64,000 nt of DNA. Origin: Octopus sinensis. Its lineage: Eukaryota. The DNA is taken from assembly GCF_006345805.1 (NCBI RefSeq), contig NC_043002.1, positions 31,124,001-31,188,000 of the forward strand, in the 5' to 3' direction. The notes under the pieces are model-generated. The model made no database searches. It was not told the DNA's origin and saw only the letters and a program-made list of their open reading frames with translations. Position 1 is the stretch's first letter, and every line of letters starts with the position of its first letter. Shown in pieces: positions 13,816 to 27,650 of this stretch. The translations under genes were made by a program, and so were the position numbers.

Positions 13816-14447
13816 AAATAGCGATTTTTAAAAATTGTAAAAAATCATTTACAAATACAATAAATATTTTAAAAATTCATTCTAATTCTGAAATAAAATG
13901 TAAAACATATGCTAATTCTAATGAGAGTTTGATCAATATTGCTTTCTCTTGTGTCATCCTGTCTTCATTTAGTTCTTTAGTGATATTGGTTGTAGATCAT
14001 TTCTAAGTTCTATGCTTGTTTGTGTCTGTGTTTTTTTCTATCCACACTCAGACATATGAATATACACATGCACATACACGCACACACACATATAGAGAGT
14101 GATATAATATTGTTTCTTTTTTGATTTTGTTTAGATTCTCAATAGTGTTTTCTGTTTCTAGATTTCAAGAAATGTAAATAGAATATTTTGGAATTTAAAT
14201 ATATGCGTGTGTTGTGTAAATGTTTGCATCAACACATATATGTATGTTTGTATATTCTGTCTGAATGTTTTTCTGTGTATGCATGTGCGTATAGACTCTC
14301 TCTCTTATATTTACAAATATGTGTGAGCGTCAAATCTTTATGCAAGTTTTCAGGAGTCTGTCTATCTATATATATCAAGCTATCTACATAGGTCTCATTG
14401 TCTGTGTGTGCAAATTTATATATGAATATATATATATCTATATATAT

Positions 14448-14478
<31 letters not shown>

Positions 14479-15126
14479 GATATATATATATATATGTGTA
14501 TGTATATATATATATATATATTAATATATATATAAGCACATACACACACCCACACACAACACACTCGGAAACACACAAACACACATACGCGCGTCCATAT
14601 ATATATATATATATTTACACACACACACATATATATATATATGAATGTAAACGGAAAGGTTGAGTAAGAAGTAGAAATACCACGACATAATGTTCCATTT
14701 AATTTTTTGTGGATATTTCATCTTAATTTTGTGTGTTTTATTCAAACGAAACCATACATATAATTTGCATTAAAAAATGAATTTTTACCTCTTATTTGTT
14801 GAAAATTAATTAATTTATATATAGTTTTTTTTCAGCCTTTCTATTTTTGATATGAGTGTTTCAACACTCAGGTTTGTTAGTGTACAGTATTAAAGTATAA
14901 AATACAAACAGCTATGCACACACACACATATACACACACAAATACACAGATGCACACACACACAAATGTCTATGTATACAATTTATATGTATAAACATAT
15001 ATTAGATGTAAATATATATACACAAACATGTGAAAGACAAAATTTGTATATTTACATATGAAATGTCAATTTCATGTGTATAGGGTGTATGTATGTATAC
15101 AAATATGCACACACGTATCTATATAC

Positions 15127-15168
<42 letters not shown>

Positions 15169-15232
15169 ATTGCGTTTGTGTGATATATATATATATATAT
15201 ATATGATATGTGTATGATGTGTTGTGGATATA

Positions 15233-15305
<73 letters not shown>

Positions 15306-15639
15306 GTATGTATGTATGTATGTATATAGATTGAAAGTCATACACACATAGATATGTACTTATATGTGAGTGGGGAATGTAGGTTTATTTGCATACGTTT
15401 ATATAAACACTTGTATATATATTATATTTACACTCTGTATATGTATGTGTGTGTATATATGTATGTATTCTATAATCAATATAGCAAATGTTTTTGTTGT
15501 TGACATCATCACCATTATTAACACTAATTCTTAGTCTCATTATTATCTTTATATTTGTATATTTCTTTCGCCGCTATTTACTTTTTAATTATTGTTTGTA
15601 TTCTGCTTATTATTGTTGTCATTATCTTTTTATTATCAG

Positions 15640-15946
15640 CCTGCGTTTGTAATTATTATCGCCATCCTTATTGTCTTTGCTGTCATTGTTATTATTATCG
15701 TCTTCGTCAGCTTCGCCCTTCATGTTCATCACCATTTTCATAATTATCGGCGTAATTGTCACCATCATTAACGCCCTCACCATCATGCTTCTAATCTTCC
15801 GCGTCATCTGTATCACCATACAACCATTACAATCACAATCATCAGTATCATCATCATGCGCGTCATTAGTATCATCATCGTGAACATCGTCACCATCTTC
15901 ATTGTCGCCGCCTTCGTAGTCATCGTGGTCCCCGTTATCATCATCG

Positions 15947-15981
<35 letters not shown>

Positions 15982-16006
15982 GTCATCGTCATCGTCATCG
16001 TCGTCG

Positions 16007-16052
<46 letters not shown>

Positions 16053-16495
16053 TATCATCATCATCATCATCACACATCATCATCATTCTTATTATTATTT
16101 TCATTCTCATCATCGGCGTCATCATCCCCTTATTCAGCATCATATCGGTGTCATCCTCAGCATCAAAATCATCATCGTCATATTCGCCACCACCATAAAC
16201 ACCACCACCACCTCCATGACTACTGTAATCATCATCCTCATCGTCATCGTCATCATCATCATCATCATCTGTCGTCGTCTTGGTCACCGTCGTCGTCGTC
16301 GTCATCTTCATCATTATCATCAGCATCATCATCACTATCATCATCATCGACGTCATCGTCCTCATCATCATCATTGTCACCACCATCATCTAAATCATAA
16401 CCATCAACCTCGACACCAGCATCCTCAGCAACGCCACCTCCGTCATCTTCATCATCTTCGTCATCTGCATCGTTGTCATCATCACAAGCTGATCA
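15640..16495. repeat. ~850-bp degenerate (CAT/CGT)n trinucleotide block
   Basis: Direct sequence. The poly-D, poly-M, poly-I and poly-H ORFs in several frames are its translations. Confidence 0.9.
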
Positions 16496-18112
16496 TTATT
16501 CCATTTTATAATATAGGATTTGAATAATGGGGAATTTCTGCTGCATTGACCTGTAAGATAAATTATACTTCATTACATTTGTTAGGATTCACATTGCTAC
16601 CCCTACGCCCCCCCCCATACGCTATGCGTGACGTATTGCGATACACACGTATGTACAGAACATGCTTATGCATACATTCATACGTATATATGCATACAGG
16701 CATACACACATACACATACACATATATACGTCCGTGTGTGTGTTTGTGTGTGTGTGTGAGTATCTATATTAATGGCATGAAATTTCACATTAACAAACGA
16801 TCTCATTAAAATTCTGAATTTATTTGTAGTCAACTGAAAATATATACACATATAAATATACTGAAGTTTATCTCAACTCTCTCTCTCACACATGGACACA
16901 CACACACACATCCACATACATCCACTTACACACCCATTCACAAACACAAACTCGCACGTGCACGTACATACTCGCCTCTACACATCCAAATATATATAAG
17001 TATATATTGTGAACATATAAATATATTGCACAATTTGGACTCTTCACCGTCGAATTATTCTACAGCTTGTATAATTATGACTTCTTCGATCGAGAGGGGC
17101 GTAACTTTAAATTTTCCTCTTTTCTTTCTTTTCTTTTTCCGGTTATATTCACCTGTTGTGTTCTCATTCCAAATTTTGCATCAACTTTCCCGTTCTGTTC
17201 TTATGGTTTTCGATAAACCAGCAAACTGGGTGTTCAGGACCTGAGGATTGCTTGGAGACACCAGCCATGTTATTACAAAAAGATGCCTAACCATGCGTCT
17301 TAATGTCAAGAACCTACTTGTAGTACTTATTTCAATACAGTGTCTATTGAATGAAATTCAAGGGTACACACACACACACAAACACACACTCAACACACAC
17401 ACACAAAAACACACACACAAACACATACACACACACACACAACACATATATATATATATATATATGTATGTATGTGTGTCTATATGTATGTATATCTATA
17501 TAATGAAGACGGAAATGGCATAGCTATCCACTTTATACAGCGGAACTAATTAGAGACATGACAAAAATTCATAAGAATTTATAAATAAATAAATATATGA
17601 AGATTTATAATTATATAGATTTACAGCTACATGTTAAGATACATTACGACGCTATATATAATATTACTTTAAGATGAATCCAAAATATGAAGGGTGACTG
17701 GATTAGAATCCTATAAGCTAATTATTTTTGGGGAAGAATTTAAAAGTTGAAAGATATTTATGTCTGCAGTAATTATGACATCAGATATCTTATTAAGTAA
17801 GTTTTGTTGGCACGGAGTATATGGAGCATTTTAAATTTATTTATGTAGGTAGTCTAGTGTGGTTGAATTTTTGTTTCGTGACTGATAAGTGAGTTTGTGT
17901 GTATCTTATATCTAATCTTAAAATCAGTCATACTTCCTATTTGTATCTTTTTAGGTACATTAAGTTTTGAAACCTCAACTGTATATACGAAATTCTCCTT
18001 AATCAGAAACCTTGTAAGGGATATAGGTCCCTATTACGAAAATTACATGTTTTATTTCCTTTATTACATGTTTTATTTTATAGCCTTTCTATTATTAATA
18101 TCAGAGTTCCTA

Positions 18113-18308
18113 TTCTTCTTCTTCTTCTTCTTCTTTCTTCTTCTTCTTTTCTTTTCTTCTTCTTCTTCTTTTCTTCTTCTTCTTCTTCTTCTTTTTTCTT
18201 CTTCTTCTTCTTCTTTTCTTCTTCTTCTTCTCTTCTTTTTCTTCTTCCTCTTCTTCTTCTTTTCTTCTTCTTCTTCTTCTTCTTCTCTTCTTCTTCTTCT
18301 TCTTCTTA
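18113..18308. repeat. (CTT)n microsatellite next to the assembly gap
   Basis: Direct sequence. Confidence 0.95.
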
Positions 18309-18332
18309 TATTATTATTATATTTATTATTAT

Positions 18333-18432
18333 NNNNNNNNNNNNNNNNNNNNNNNNNNNNNNNNNNNNNNNNNNNNNNNNNNNNNNNNNNNNNNNNNNNN
18401 NNNNNNNNNNNNNNNNNNNNNNNNNNNNNNNN
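18333..18432. other. Assembly gap (100 N)
   Basis: Run of exactly 100 N, the usual placeholder for a gap of unknown size. Confidence 0.99.
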
Positions 18433-19762
18433 AGGAAACGATGGCGTTATAACTACATTAAATGTGGTCTTTGTGGTGTATGTGTTTGTGTACATGTAAA
18501 TATATATATATATATAATATATATATATTAATATATATATATTATATATAATATATTATATATATAATATCAATATACATACATATAATATAAATATATA
18601 TATACATATTACATACATATATATACACATATATATGTATATATATATATATATATAAATGCATATTTCTCTCTATAGGTTATGTATGTATATATTGTGG
18701 GTGAGTGTGTGTGTGTATATGTATGTATAGGTAAAACTGTGTGTTACTGTTTACCAAAGTCATATATGCTAGTGTTCAGTTATACTATTTCAATAATAAA
18801 TTTACGAAAGCGAAAATTTGACTCTATGGGGATGGGACTCGAAAAACATATCTCCCCAATAGCTGATGTAAACTGAGATACAAGTGTACATACGTACATA
18901 CATACATGCATACATACATACATACGAATGTACATATGTTGATGCACACAAACTACTTGCACACTATGAAAATATTTATACGCACGTGTGTATACATGCA
19001 CACATATTTATATTATATATCAAAGAGTAAATAACTCTCGCCGCCAGTAATTGTTACCATGCTCGCCAAATATTTGTGACCCTAGATTTTTTTTTTTTTT
19101 GCTGTATGTCATCTATATTAGCAGAAGCAAAAGTTGTCTTAGCATACAGTTGGCAGTGAGTATCTGCCATCGTTGAATCGTAATTACGTAGATATCCAGA
19201 ACCCAGCACTTCAGCTGCGCTGCTTGATGCTTTCGGTTTGTCTGGGATTTTTAATACTTTACGGGTATACCAGATGCACTGCCGTGGTTTTCTTGAAGCA
19301 TTTCCACATTAAATATGATATACAGAAATATATATATATACATATACAGAAATATATATCGTATTATTTTCCAGCGATAAGCATCGTAAAGTTTGAATTA
19401 TAAATAGCAAATAATGTCACAACAAAGCACCAATGAGTAATAGGCTTTGATGTAGCGGATATTTTAAATTGTGTCTCAGGTGAACCTAACTGACAAACGC
19501 TAACCGTGTTTGCGATAACAAAGATATTATGGAAATTACCGAAACTCCAGTACTAGGTTGTCTATTTCTCTGGCATTTCTCCTGAAAGTGAAACGAAAAC
19601 TTTTTATGTTCGCCGTCCGCACACATCTTTGCCTCTATACATTCAGTGAAACTTTACATAGCGTCGTACGGTTATCGACTGCTATTTCCAGCAAATATTG
19701 GTGCCTTGTTGCGTCACTATTTCCTATTCACATGTGTGTGTGTGTGCGCGCTCGTATATGTG

Positions 19763-20060
19763 TGGAGGCACTTGACCTAGTGTTAGATCAGTGGACTCGC
19801 GGTCGAGGGATCACAGGTTGAAATCACAGACCGAGCTGTATGTGTGTTTATGACCGAAATACCTTAGCTCCACGCGGCTCCGGCAGAAGGTAATGGTGAA
19901 CTTCTGCTGTCTCTTTCACCACAATTTTCTCTCACTCTTTCCTCCTGCATCTTGCAGCTCACCTGCGATGGACCGGCGTCCCGTCCAGGTGGGGAACCTA
20001 TACGCTAAAGAAACCGGGAAACTGACCCTTATGAGCCAGGCATGTCTCTAGAAGGAGCAA
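19763..20060 (+). mobile_element. tRNA-derived SINE, family 4
   Basis: GGAGGCACTTGACCTAGTG (degenerate A-box) and GGTTGAAATC (B-box). Central CCTGCGATGGACCGGCGTCCCGTCCAGG...AGAAACCGGGAAAC resembles V/Meta-type conserved SINE domains. Confidence 0.7.
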
Positions 20061-20100
20061 GTACATCTCCGTAATATATATATATATATATAATATATAA

Positions 20101-20135
<35 letters not shown>

Positions 20136-21499
20136 CAGACAGACAGACAGATAAGTCTTTAACACAATTCTCGGTTAAGATCCACTTTTTCGACATGCTG
20201 TAATTAAGTTGGAGCTTTGGCTTACAAATATATTCCGGTGAGAGTGTGTGGGTTTGAGGGAGACGGAGAGAGTGAGAAAGATAGGGGCATACAGTCAAGG
20301 AAACTAGTAGTATTGCCCGTACGGCTGGCCAGAAATTTATTCATCGAACACAAAATGTCAAATTTAACTGAGATTTGTACTGAGAGACTTGGAACAAATT
20401 CTGAAAAGTAATATTTTTAAGGTACTACCGATTCTACTGAATCACAGACTTACAACACAGTAGATAAACTAAGAAAGCTTCCAAAGAGATAGTTATATAA
20501 AGTGCACAGCAGATTCTGCAAGTAATGATAAGAGAGATGAAGGACTTGAATTCTTTACGGAATATGTAACCAATGGTACGAGAATAACAGAAGGAATGTT
20601 TTCCATCAAGCTAGAAAGCTAGCAGATTGTCGGCAACCTAACGGAAATTTTGCGACAAGGAATGCAGATTTTACTAATGGAATTCTCGAATACAAACGTC
20701 ATTCATGAATTTAGAAACATGCTGGTAGTAACTTTACCAGATTTGATTAGATAAGCTCTAATAATTTCTGAACGAGAGACAGTGTTTATTGAAATTTGAT
20801 GGTAAGCGCTGGTTTGAAATTGTCTTTTCTTTAAAAGATATATATATTTTGGGTCGACTCAAATCTTAAATAGAAAAAAAACAGAACGAATTCTGACAAG
20901 AAACAACTATTACGACATCGTATTTATTTTTATCAGGTCTCGTCTCATTCACATGTTAGTAACAATTATGTAAAGTAAAGAGATAAATCCTTTTAATTAA
21001 AGTTAAGCAACGCAGGTTTAAACATTATTTTCTTGAAATACATCGTAAGACAGCGATAGCAAATGAAAGACGTCAGCTGTCTTAACCAATGTATTCTTGT
21101 CTTACTGTAATATATTTTGTACGTATTATGATGAGTGAATCTTTCTAAATTTACTGTTTAAAGTGTGAAGTATTCTTTCCGAGGAATTTCAAATCTGTAT
21201 GTTTCTAGCAAGTGATCTTAAGTCATGATTTGAAGTTGAAACAATTTACAACATGAAGAAGCCATTTTAGCAATTTAAAAGAAGCACAAAATCTTATGTA
21301 TTTAATTGGCGTTTATTTTTTGAAGTGTCCAAAAGTTTTTATCGCAATTCTGCGACCTGGACACTGACACAGGTGAACATCTTATTGTCTTATTTATAGG
21401 CATAGAACTGTAAAAGTTGTGTTAGCGGCCAGGTCGGAGATAGATCACCATTTCGATTCATCAGCAAATAAATGAAAACGTAACCATAACAGATATTGT

Positions 21500-21792
21500 T
21501 TTCTGAAATGGCTCTTAAAACTGCTCTTAAGATTGCTCTTGTTAAAATGTCTCTTAAAATTGCACTTGTTAAAATGGCTTTTAGAATTGCTCTTGTTAGA
21601 ATGGCTCTGAAAATTGCTCTTAAAATTGATCTTGTTGAAATGGTTCTTAAAATGACTCTTAGACTTGTACTTGTTAAAATGGCACTTAAAATTGCTCTTG
21701 TTAAAATTACTTTTAAAAATTGCTTTTAAAATTGCTCTTATTAAAATGGCACTTAAAATTGCTCATATTGAAATTGCTCTTAAAATTGCTTC
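21500..21792. repeat. Minisatellite with 27-bp unit (CTCTTGTTAAAATGGCTCTTAAAATTG) built from 12-15-bp subunits
   Basis: Direct sequence. Translates as repeated KMALKIALV. Confidence 0.85.
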
Positions 21793-22225
21793 GTAGTTAT
21801 GTTAATTTTAATTCTTAATTTCATAACAGCATTGCCTATGCTTGCATTTCTGCCTATACCATTTCAGCTTTCAGACCAATATTTTCAGAGTCGGTTTCTA
21901 AAAGAGAATTTCTGTTTTCAATGAGGAGAGTAATTTCTCGTTACTTTCAACTTATAATTATGAAAGTAACAGCCATCTAGTAATGGCTGAAATTACGATT
22001 TAGTTGTTAAGAAAAATATCAGTCTAATTAAGGTGATTATAGAGTTTTATTTAAGTGTGTTCAATATACTATTTTTCTTGACTGATTGAGTCCTGAATTT
22101 AAAAATCCCTGATTACAGTAAATATACTGACCGACACTTTGTCGCAAACATTTTTATTACCCATTTTAACAGGCCCATATAAGAGCAACTATGCGATAAT
22201 GATGATGACATTAACGCTGTTAGTG

Positions 22226-23716
22226 GTGTTGGGGTTGTTAATGGTGGTTTTGGCGATGATGATGGTTGTTATATTACTTAAATCTTGGAAAAAGACATCG
22301 TTGAATCTTGGAAAACCCAAACAAAATTCCTCTAATATACCTTATTTCTATTAAATAGGGGATAAATTGTTCAATATAGTAGCTGGTGCTCAGAAACTCG
22401 AGGTTGAAATGTTTTAACCTTATAGGATCAAACCTCGCTTAGGGCTAACCAACAGTAACAAGAACACCTTCATTAAGGACAATAGCAGTTGTACCACAAC
22501 CAATGCCACTGATACCGCCGTCAACGCAACCACCACCGCCGCCGCCGCCACTCCCACCAACCCCACCTTCACCGCCACCACTGACAACTACAAAAAAAAC
22601 AGAATATATTGAAATTGGATCGGCTCATTTATACATTTTGTTATCAACATTTGAAATATTCTCGCTGTTCTTTCTATTATTCTTATGCCTGAAGGACAAA
22701 CGAAAATGAGGGCTGAAGAGATAACTGGCTTAAAACTTTAACTTTAATCAACCAAATTGTTGATCATTTGAAATTATATCAGCATTGCTGCATTTAGTCT
22801 GTGACTAAAAGCCTGCATATGGCGAAACAAACTATATTGTATTCTGCAAATCTTTCGTGGTTATGATGATGACAACAACGACGTTGACGATTACGACGAT
22901 GAAGTTACTTATTTTTTTATTGCCCACAGGGAGCTAAACATAGAGGAGACAAAGAAGAACAGACAAAGAGATTAAGTCGATTACATCGACGCCAGTGCAT
23001 AACTGGTACTTAATTTATTGAACCCCTAAAGGATGAAAATTAAAGTCGACATCAGCGGAATTTGAACTCAGAATGTAGCGGCAGACGAAATACCCAATTC
23101 TTTACTACCCACAAGGGGCTAAACACAGAAAGGACAAACAAGGAAACACAAACGGATTAAGTCGATTATATCGACCCCGGTGCGTAACTGGTACTTATTT
23201 AATCGACCCCTAAAGGATGAAAGGCAAAGTCGACCTCGGCGGAATTTGAACTCAGAACGTAGCGGCAGACAAAATAACGCTAAGCATTTCGCCCGGTGTG
23301 CTAACGGTTCTGCCAGCTCGCCGCCTTTATTACAGACGAAATACCTATTTCTTTACTACCCACAAGGAGCTAAACACAGAGGGGACAAACAAGGACAGAC
23401 AAACGGATTAAGTCGAATACATCGACCCCAGTGCACAACTGGTATTTATTTAATAGCCCCCGAAAGGATGAAAGGCAAAGTCGACCTCGGCAGGAATTTG
23501 AACTCAGATCGTAGCGGCCGAGGAAATGCCGCTAAGTATTTTGCCTGGCGTGCTAACGTTTCTGATGACGACTATGATGATGTTGATGATAATGATGATG
23601 ACCACGATTCCAATGTTGATGCTGATTGGGCGTTGTTAATGGTGTTTTTGGCGATGATGATGGTGATTATAATACTTAAATGTTGGAAAAAGACATCGTT
23701 GAATCTTGGAAAGCTC
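22226..23716 (+). repeat. ~90-bp direct repeat (22226-22318 and 23627-23716)
   Basis: TTGTTAATGGTGKTTTTGGCGATGATGATGGT...TTGGAAAAAGACATCGTTGAATCTTGGAAA is present twice. Confidence 0.85.
22915..23570 (-). mobile_element. Three head-to-tail copies of tRNA-derived SINE family 3
   Basis: Units at ~22915-23095, ~23096-23330 and ~23334-23570. Minus strand has TGGCAGAACCG (A-box), GAGTTCAAATTCC (B-box) and GTCGACTTTGCCTTTCATCC...AAGTACCAG central domain. Confidence 0.85.
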
Positions 23717-24076
23717 AATCGACGACAGTGTTGTGGCTCCACGTGACTATTCATCCACGAAAAAGTTTATAATTAACAAATATTTTAGGGGAGAATTCAA
23801 AAGATAAAAAGAAACAAAACAAGCAAAACGGGTTTTCGTGTTGTCAAACATCTAATATGATCTTATTTTTCTTATTTAGCATATTTTAAAAATAACTAGT
23901 TCTACCCACTTTTTTTCAAAATCACGTCTTACAAGATATAAATGAATAAAACTTCTGTAAAGGGTTTAACTGTACCGTATACCGAGTTTTTGAAACACTA
24001 CAAAAACAACATCGATCTGAGCTGTGTTTGTGCCAATCTGATATTTGTGGTATGTATGAATGCATATATATATATA

Positions 24077-24107
<31 letters not shown>

Positions 24108-24364
24108 CTTTAACCAAACCACATCGTTACTCACAATCACTAACAAAGAAAGTGCAGTATTTTAACAAAATATTATACAAGGGAAACTCAGATAGCTTTC
24201 AGATCAAATTGCCTGACTTTTTTCTCTCTAGAAATTAAACAGCACGCCAGTGGTTGATGGAGTTCAATAAATTAATTACATTCATATATCCAGAGGCGTT
24301 GTCTTAAAAAACATATTTTTACGAACTCTATATATTTTTTATTATTATTATTATTATTATTATA

Positions 24365-24400
<36 letters not shown>

Positions 24401-24615
24401 CATTGTTGCTGTTGTTGTTGTTGTTGTTGTTATTGTTTTTATTATGTTTTTGTTTAAACATGTACCTGTTTCTTCGTGTGTATTTGAGTATATTTGAAGC
24501 CTCGGTCTTTTCGCATATGTCACTGAGTGAATATGCACTTGTTTTGTATATATATATATATATATATATACACATACATAAATATGTATGTATATATATG
24601 TATATGTATATATAT

Positions 24616-24662
<47 letters not shown>

Positions 24663-25484
24663 TATATATAATATATATATATATATATGCATACACATAT
24701 TGCATTGTGTGTGTGTGTGCGTGCGTGAGGGAATAACAGCGTTTGTTCTAGTAAACAAATGTTGTGCTGAATATCGTTTTCACTCGGTATCTATCGAAAT
24801 AAACTACAACAATGGCAAACTATTTAGATGTATATTCCAATAAAGCTAACTAATCTAGCTATAAGTTCTATTTCCTTTTTTAAATTTTATTCTATTTCAA
24901 GAATTTTCTTTTGCAAGCCCACGGTCATATATACTAACTGTTTCAGTTTCATTTGTGTTTATTCTTTTCTGAAATATATTTGTTGTTGATCTCGTTGTTC
25001 TTTCTGCAGAAGATAGTACCATCACCATCGATGGCGCCATCGTTGTTGTTATTGTTTGTGGTGCTGTTGTTTTTGGTATTCTAATTTTATTTGTTTTCTT
25101 ATATGACTACGGACCGGATCACCTTTAGTTTTACTCCCACAAACATAATTATAATAAAATGCTCGCAATTTCATTCACTCACTTTCTCTTGTGCACTCCC
25201 TCTCTCTGACTGTCTCTGTCTCCTTCAGCAATTCTCTTTGAATCTCATATTGTTTCTTAATTATTTTCCATAATTTTTATTTAACTGTCACTTGATTTCT
25301 TAATGTGTTTATCCGCGTGAGTGTATATTTACGTGTATATATACGTTTGAGCATGCATACATACACAGATATACACAGACACACGCGTATGTTTGTGTGT
25401 GTGTTATCATATATTTTTATACGTATAGTCGTACTTGTACATGCATATATACATATATATACACACACACACATGTATATGTAA

Positions 25485-26250
25485 AGGCCAGCACAAGCAC
25501 ATGGTGCTGTGGAGTCACACGTTTGGCGCCAATCACATCAATAACAAAACAAAGTTGGCTCTTTACAAATCGTATGTCTTACCATCCATGATGTATTCAT
25601 CTGAAACATGGACGTGTTATGACAGACATTTCAAATTGTGAGAACAATTCTACCAAACATGTCTTCATCCCATTTTAAGCATGGAGTTTTTTTTCTCCAA
25701 ACCATATGTACTTTCTGTCTGCGGGCATGACTTTAATTAAAGCAATGATTCTGAAAAACTAAATGACATGATCTGGCCATATTGTTCGAATGGCGTATAA
25801 ACATATACCCAAACAGCTGTTTTATGGCGAGCTTGCACAGAGGAAACGCTATGGGTGTAAACCTAAAAAGAGACCTATCGTTGGCCTAAGAAGAACCATG
25901 AAGTCACTTGGAATGGATCCAGAGGACATAAAAGCCCATCCTTCGGATCGAGCTGGATGGCGAACAAAAGTGTGGAGCGGAATAAAAGCATTTGAATAAG
26001 CCAGGATAACGCATGTATGACACATAAGGGATTTAAAGAAGAATGTTACGATCGATAAGGTGAATCCCAATGATCTTTTCGTGTGCACAGTTAGTGACAG
26101 ACCATGCCTTTCTATTGCTGGGCTCAAACCTCATTTCCGAACTCATGAAAAGCGAACCTTCACCTACTATTCTGCCTATAAATCTGTGCACAGCCTTCAA
26201 TACAATGTATGCTATAAGGACTGCAAATCTAACGGACGCCTTAAAAGATA
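25485..26250 (+). pseudogene. RTE-clade LINE, 3' fragment
   Basis: TKLALYKSYVLPSMMYSSETWT, WSGHIVRMAYKHIPKQLFYGEL, DRAGWRTKVWSGIKAFE, and a terminal C2H2-like CTVSDRPCLSIAGLKPHFRTH. Stops and frameshifts present. Confidence 0.85.
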
Positions 26251-26457
26251 TTTTAAAATCCACAAAAATCAGATCTTAACTGCAGCTCTTTGGTGGTTCA
26301 AATCGGATATGCAATATATGTGGGTGTTTTATCAATACGTTGTGTGGTTTCAAAAGACACATCAGAAGCCATGATAGATCTAAGGTGCAAATAAAAGAGG
26401 TGGACAGACTTTGCATAAGGAGTAAACAACCTCCATATATGTATATATGCAACATAA

Positions 26458-26547
<90 letters not shown>

Positions 26548-26628
26548 TGTGTGCGTGCGTGCGTATACATATATGTACATATATATATATATACACACAC
26601 AAATATAAGTATATATGTATTATGTATA

Positions 26629-26698
<70 letters not shown>

Positions 26699-27618
26699 TG
26701 TATGTATATGTGCATACTTAGATACATCATCCCCCTATACTGTTGATACGTATTAATTTATCTGTATAATTGTGATACTTCACAAAATATACCCTTTCAT
26801 CCATTCTATTCCCGTATTCATTAATCCATAACTGATTTCGTTTCCTTTTGTGGATACGATCCATATTTTATAGATGCACATCTTTGCGAATACCCCATAA
26901 TTTCTATATCCTCTCAATTATATCACACTCTCTATAATGCGTATCACCCCGACCCCATAATTCCTATTTCCTCTCATTAATACAGCCTCTCAATTCATTA
27001 TTGATATTCATAAATCAAACTAACCAGAGATGCCACTAAATCTTTGTTTATTAAATTAACTCACCATAATTCACAAATTCTCTCTTATGCAGCTATCAGA
27101 TGTAATTCAAAGATTCTCTTATAGAGATATCGCTAATTCATGATAGCCATAATTTATAGTTGGCGCTAATTAATGGGCCTACCGATAATTTATAGCTTTC
27201 TCTAGATTATTGGTATCCTCCGTAATTCATAAATCCTCCATTAACGATATCATGTCTAATTCAAGTCTCTTTCATTAAAGATATTCTACATAATCAATAA
27301 TAATTTCGTCCTAAAACCGTTCCTTAAATTATTGCAAAACTAAACATAATTTAACTGAAATCCTCCGAAATCATGGCATCTTTAACTCTGTCTATCTATC
27401 CATCTATCTATCTAATGCGCAAACACACAAAATATATATGTGTGTGTGAGTGGGTGTGTGTATGAGTGTGTTTGTGCGTATTATATTTAATTGTACATAT
27501 ATATTCATCTATCACTCTAATTAATAAACATACATATATATATATGATATGATTATATATGTATTTATGCATCTATATATGTATTATGTAGATATGTGTA
27601 TCCATATATATATATGAC

Positions 27619-27650
<32 letters not shown>

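Noticed and set aside
15622-16527. 200+ aa poly-D, poly-I and poly-H ORFs
   Set aside because: A degenerate (CAT)n block leaves several frames on both strands open. No unique coding sequence or splice context is evident.
19120-19165. EAKVVLAYS peptide resembling the argininosuccinate synthase N-terminus, before a GTGAGT donor
   Set aside because: The essential GGLDTS does not follow and no other exons were seen; treated as coincidence.
23180-23746. 188-aa ORF
   Set aside because: Runs antisense through the SINE trimer and into (GAT)n; not a gene.
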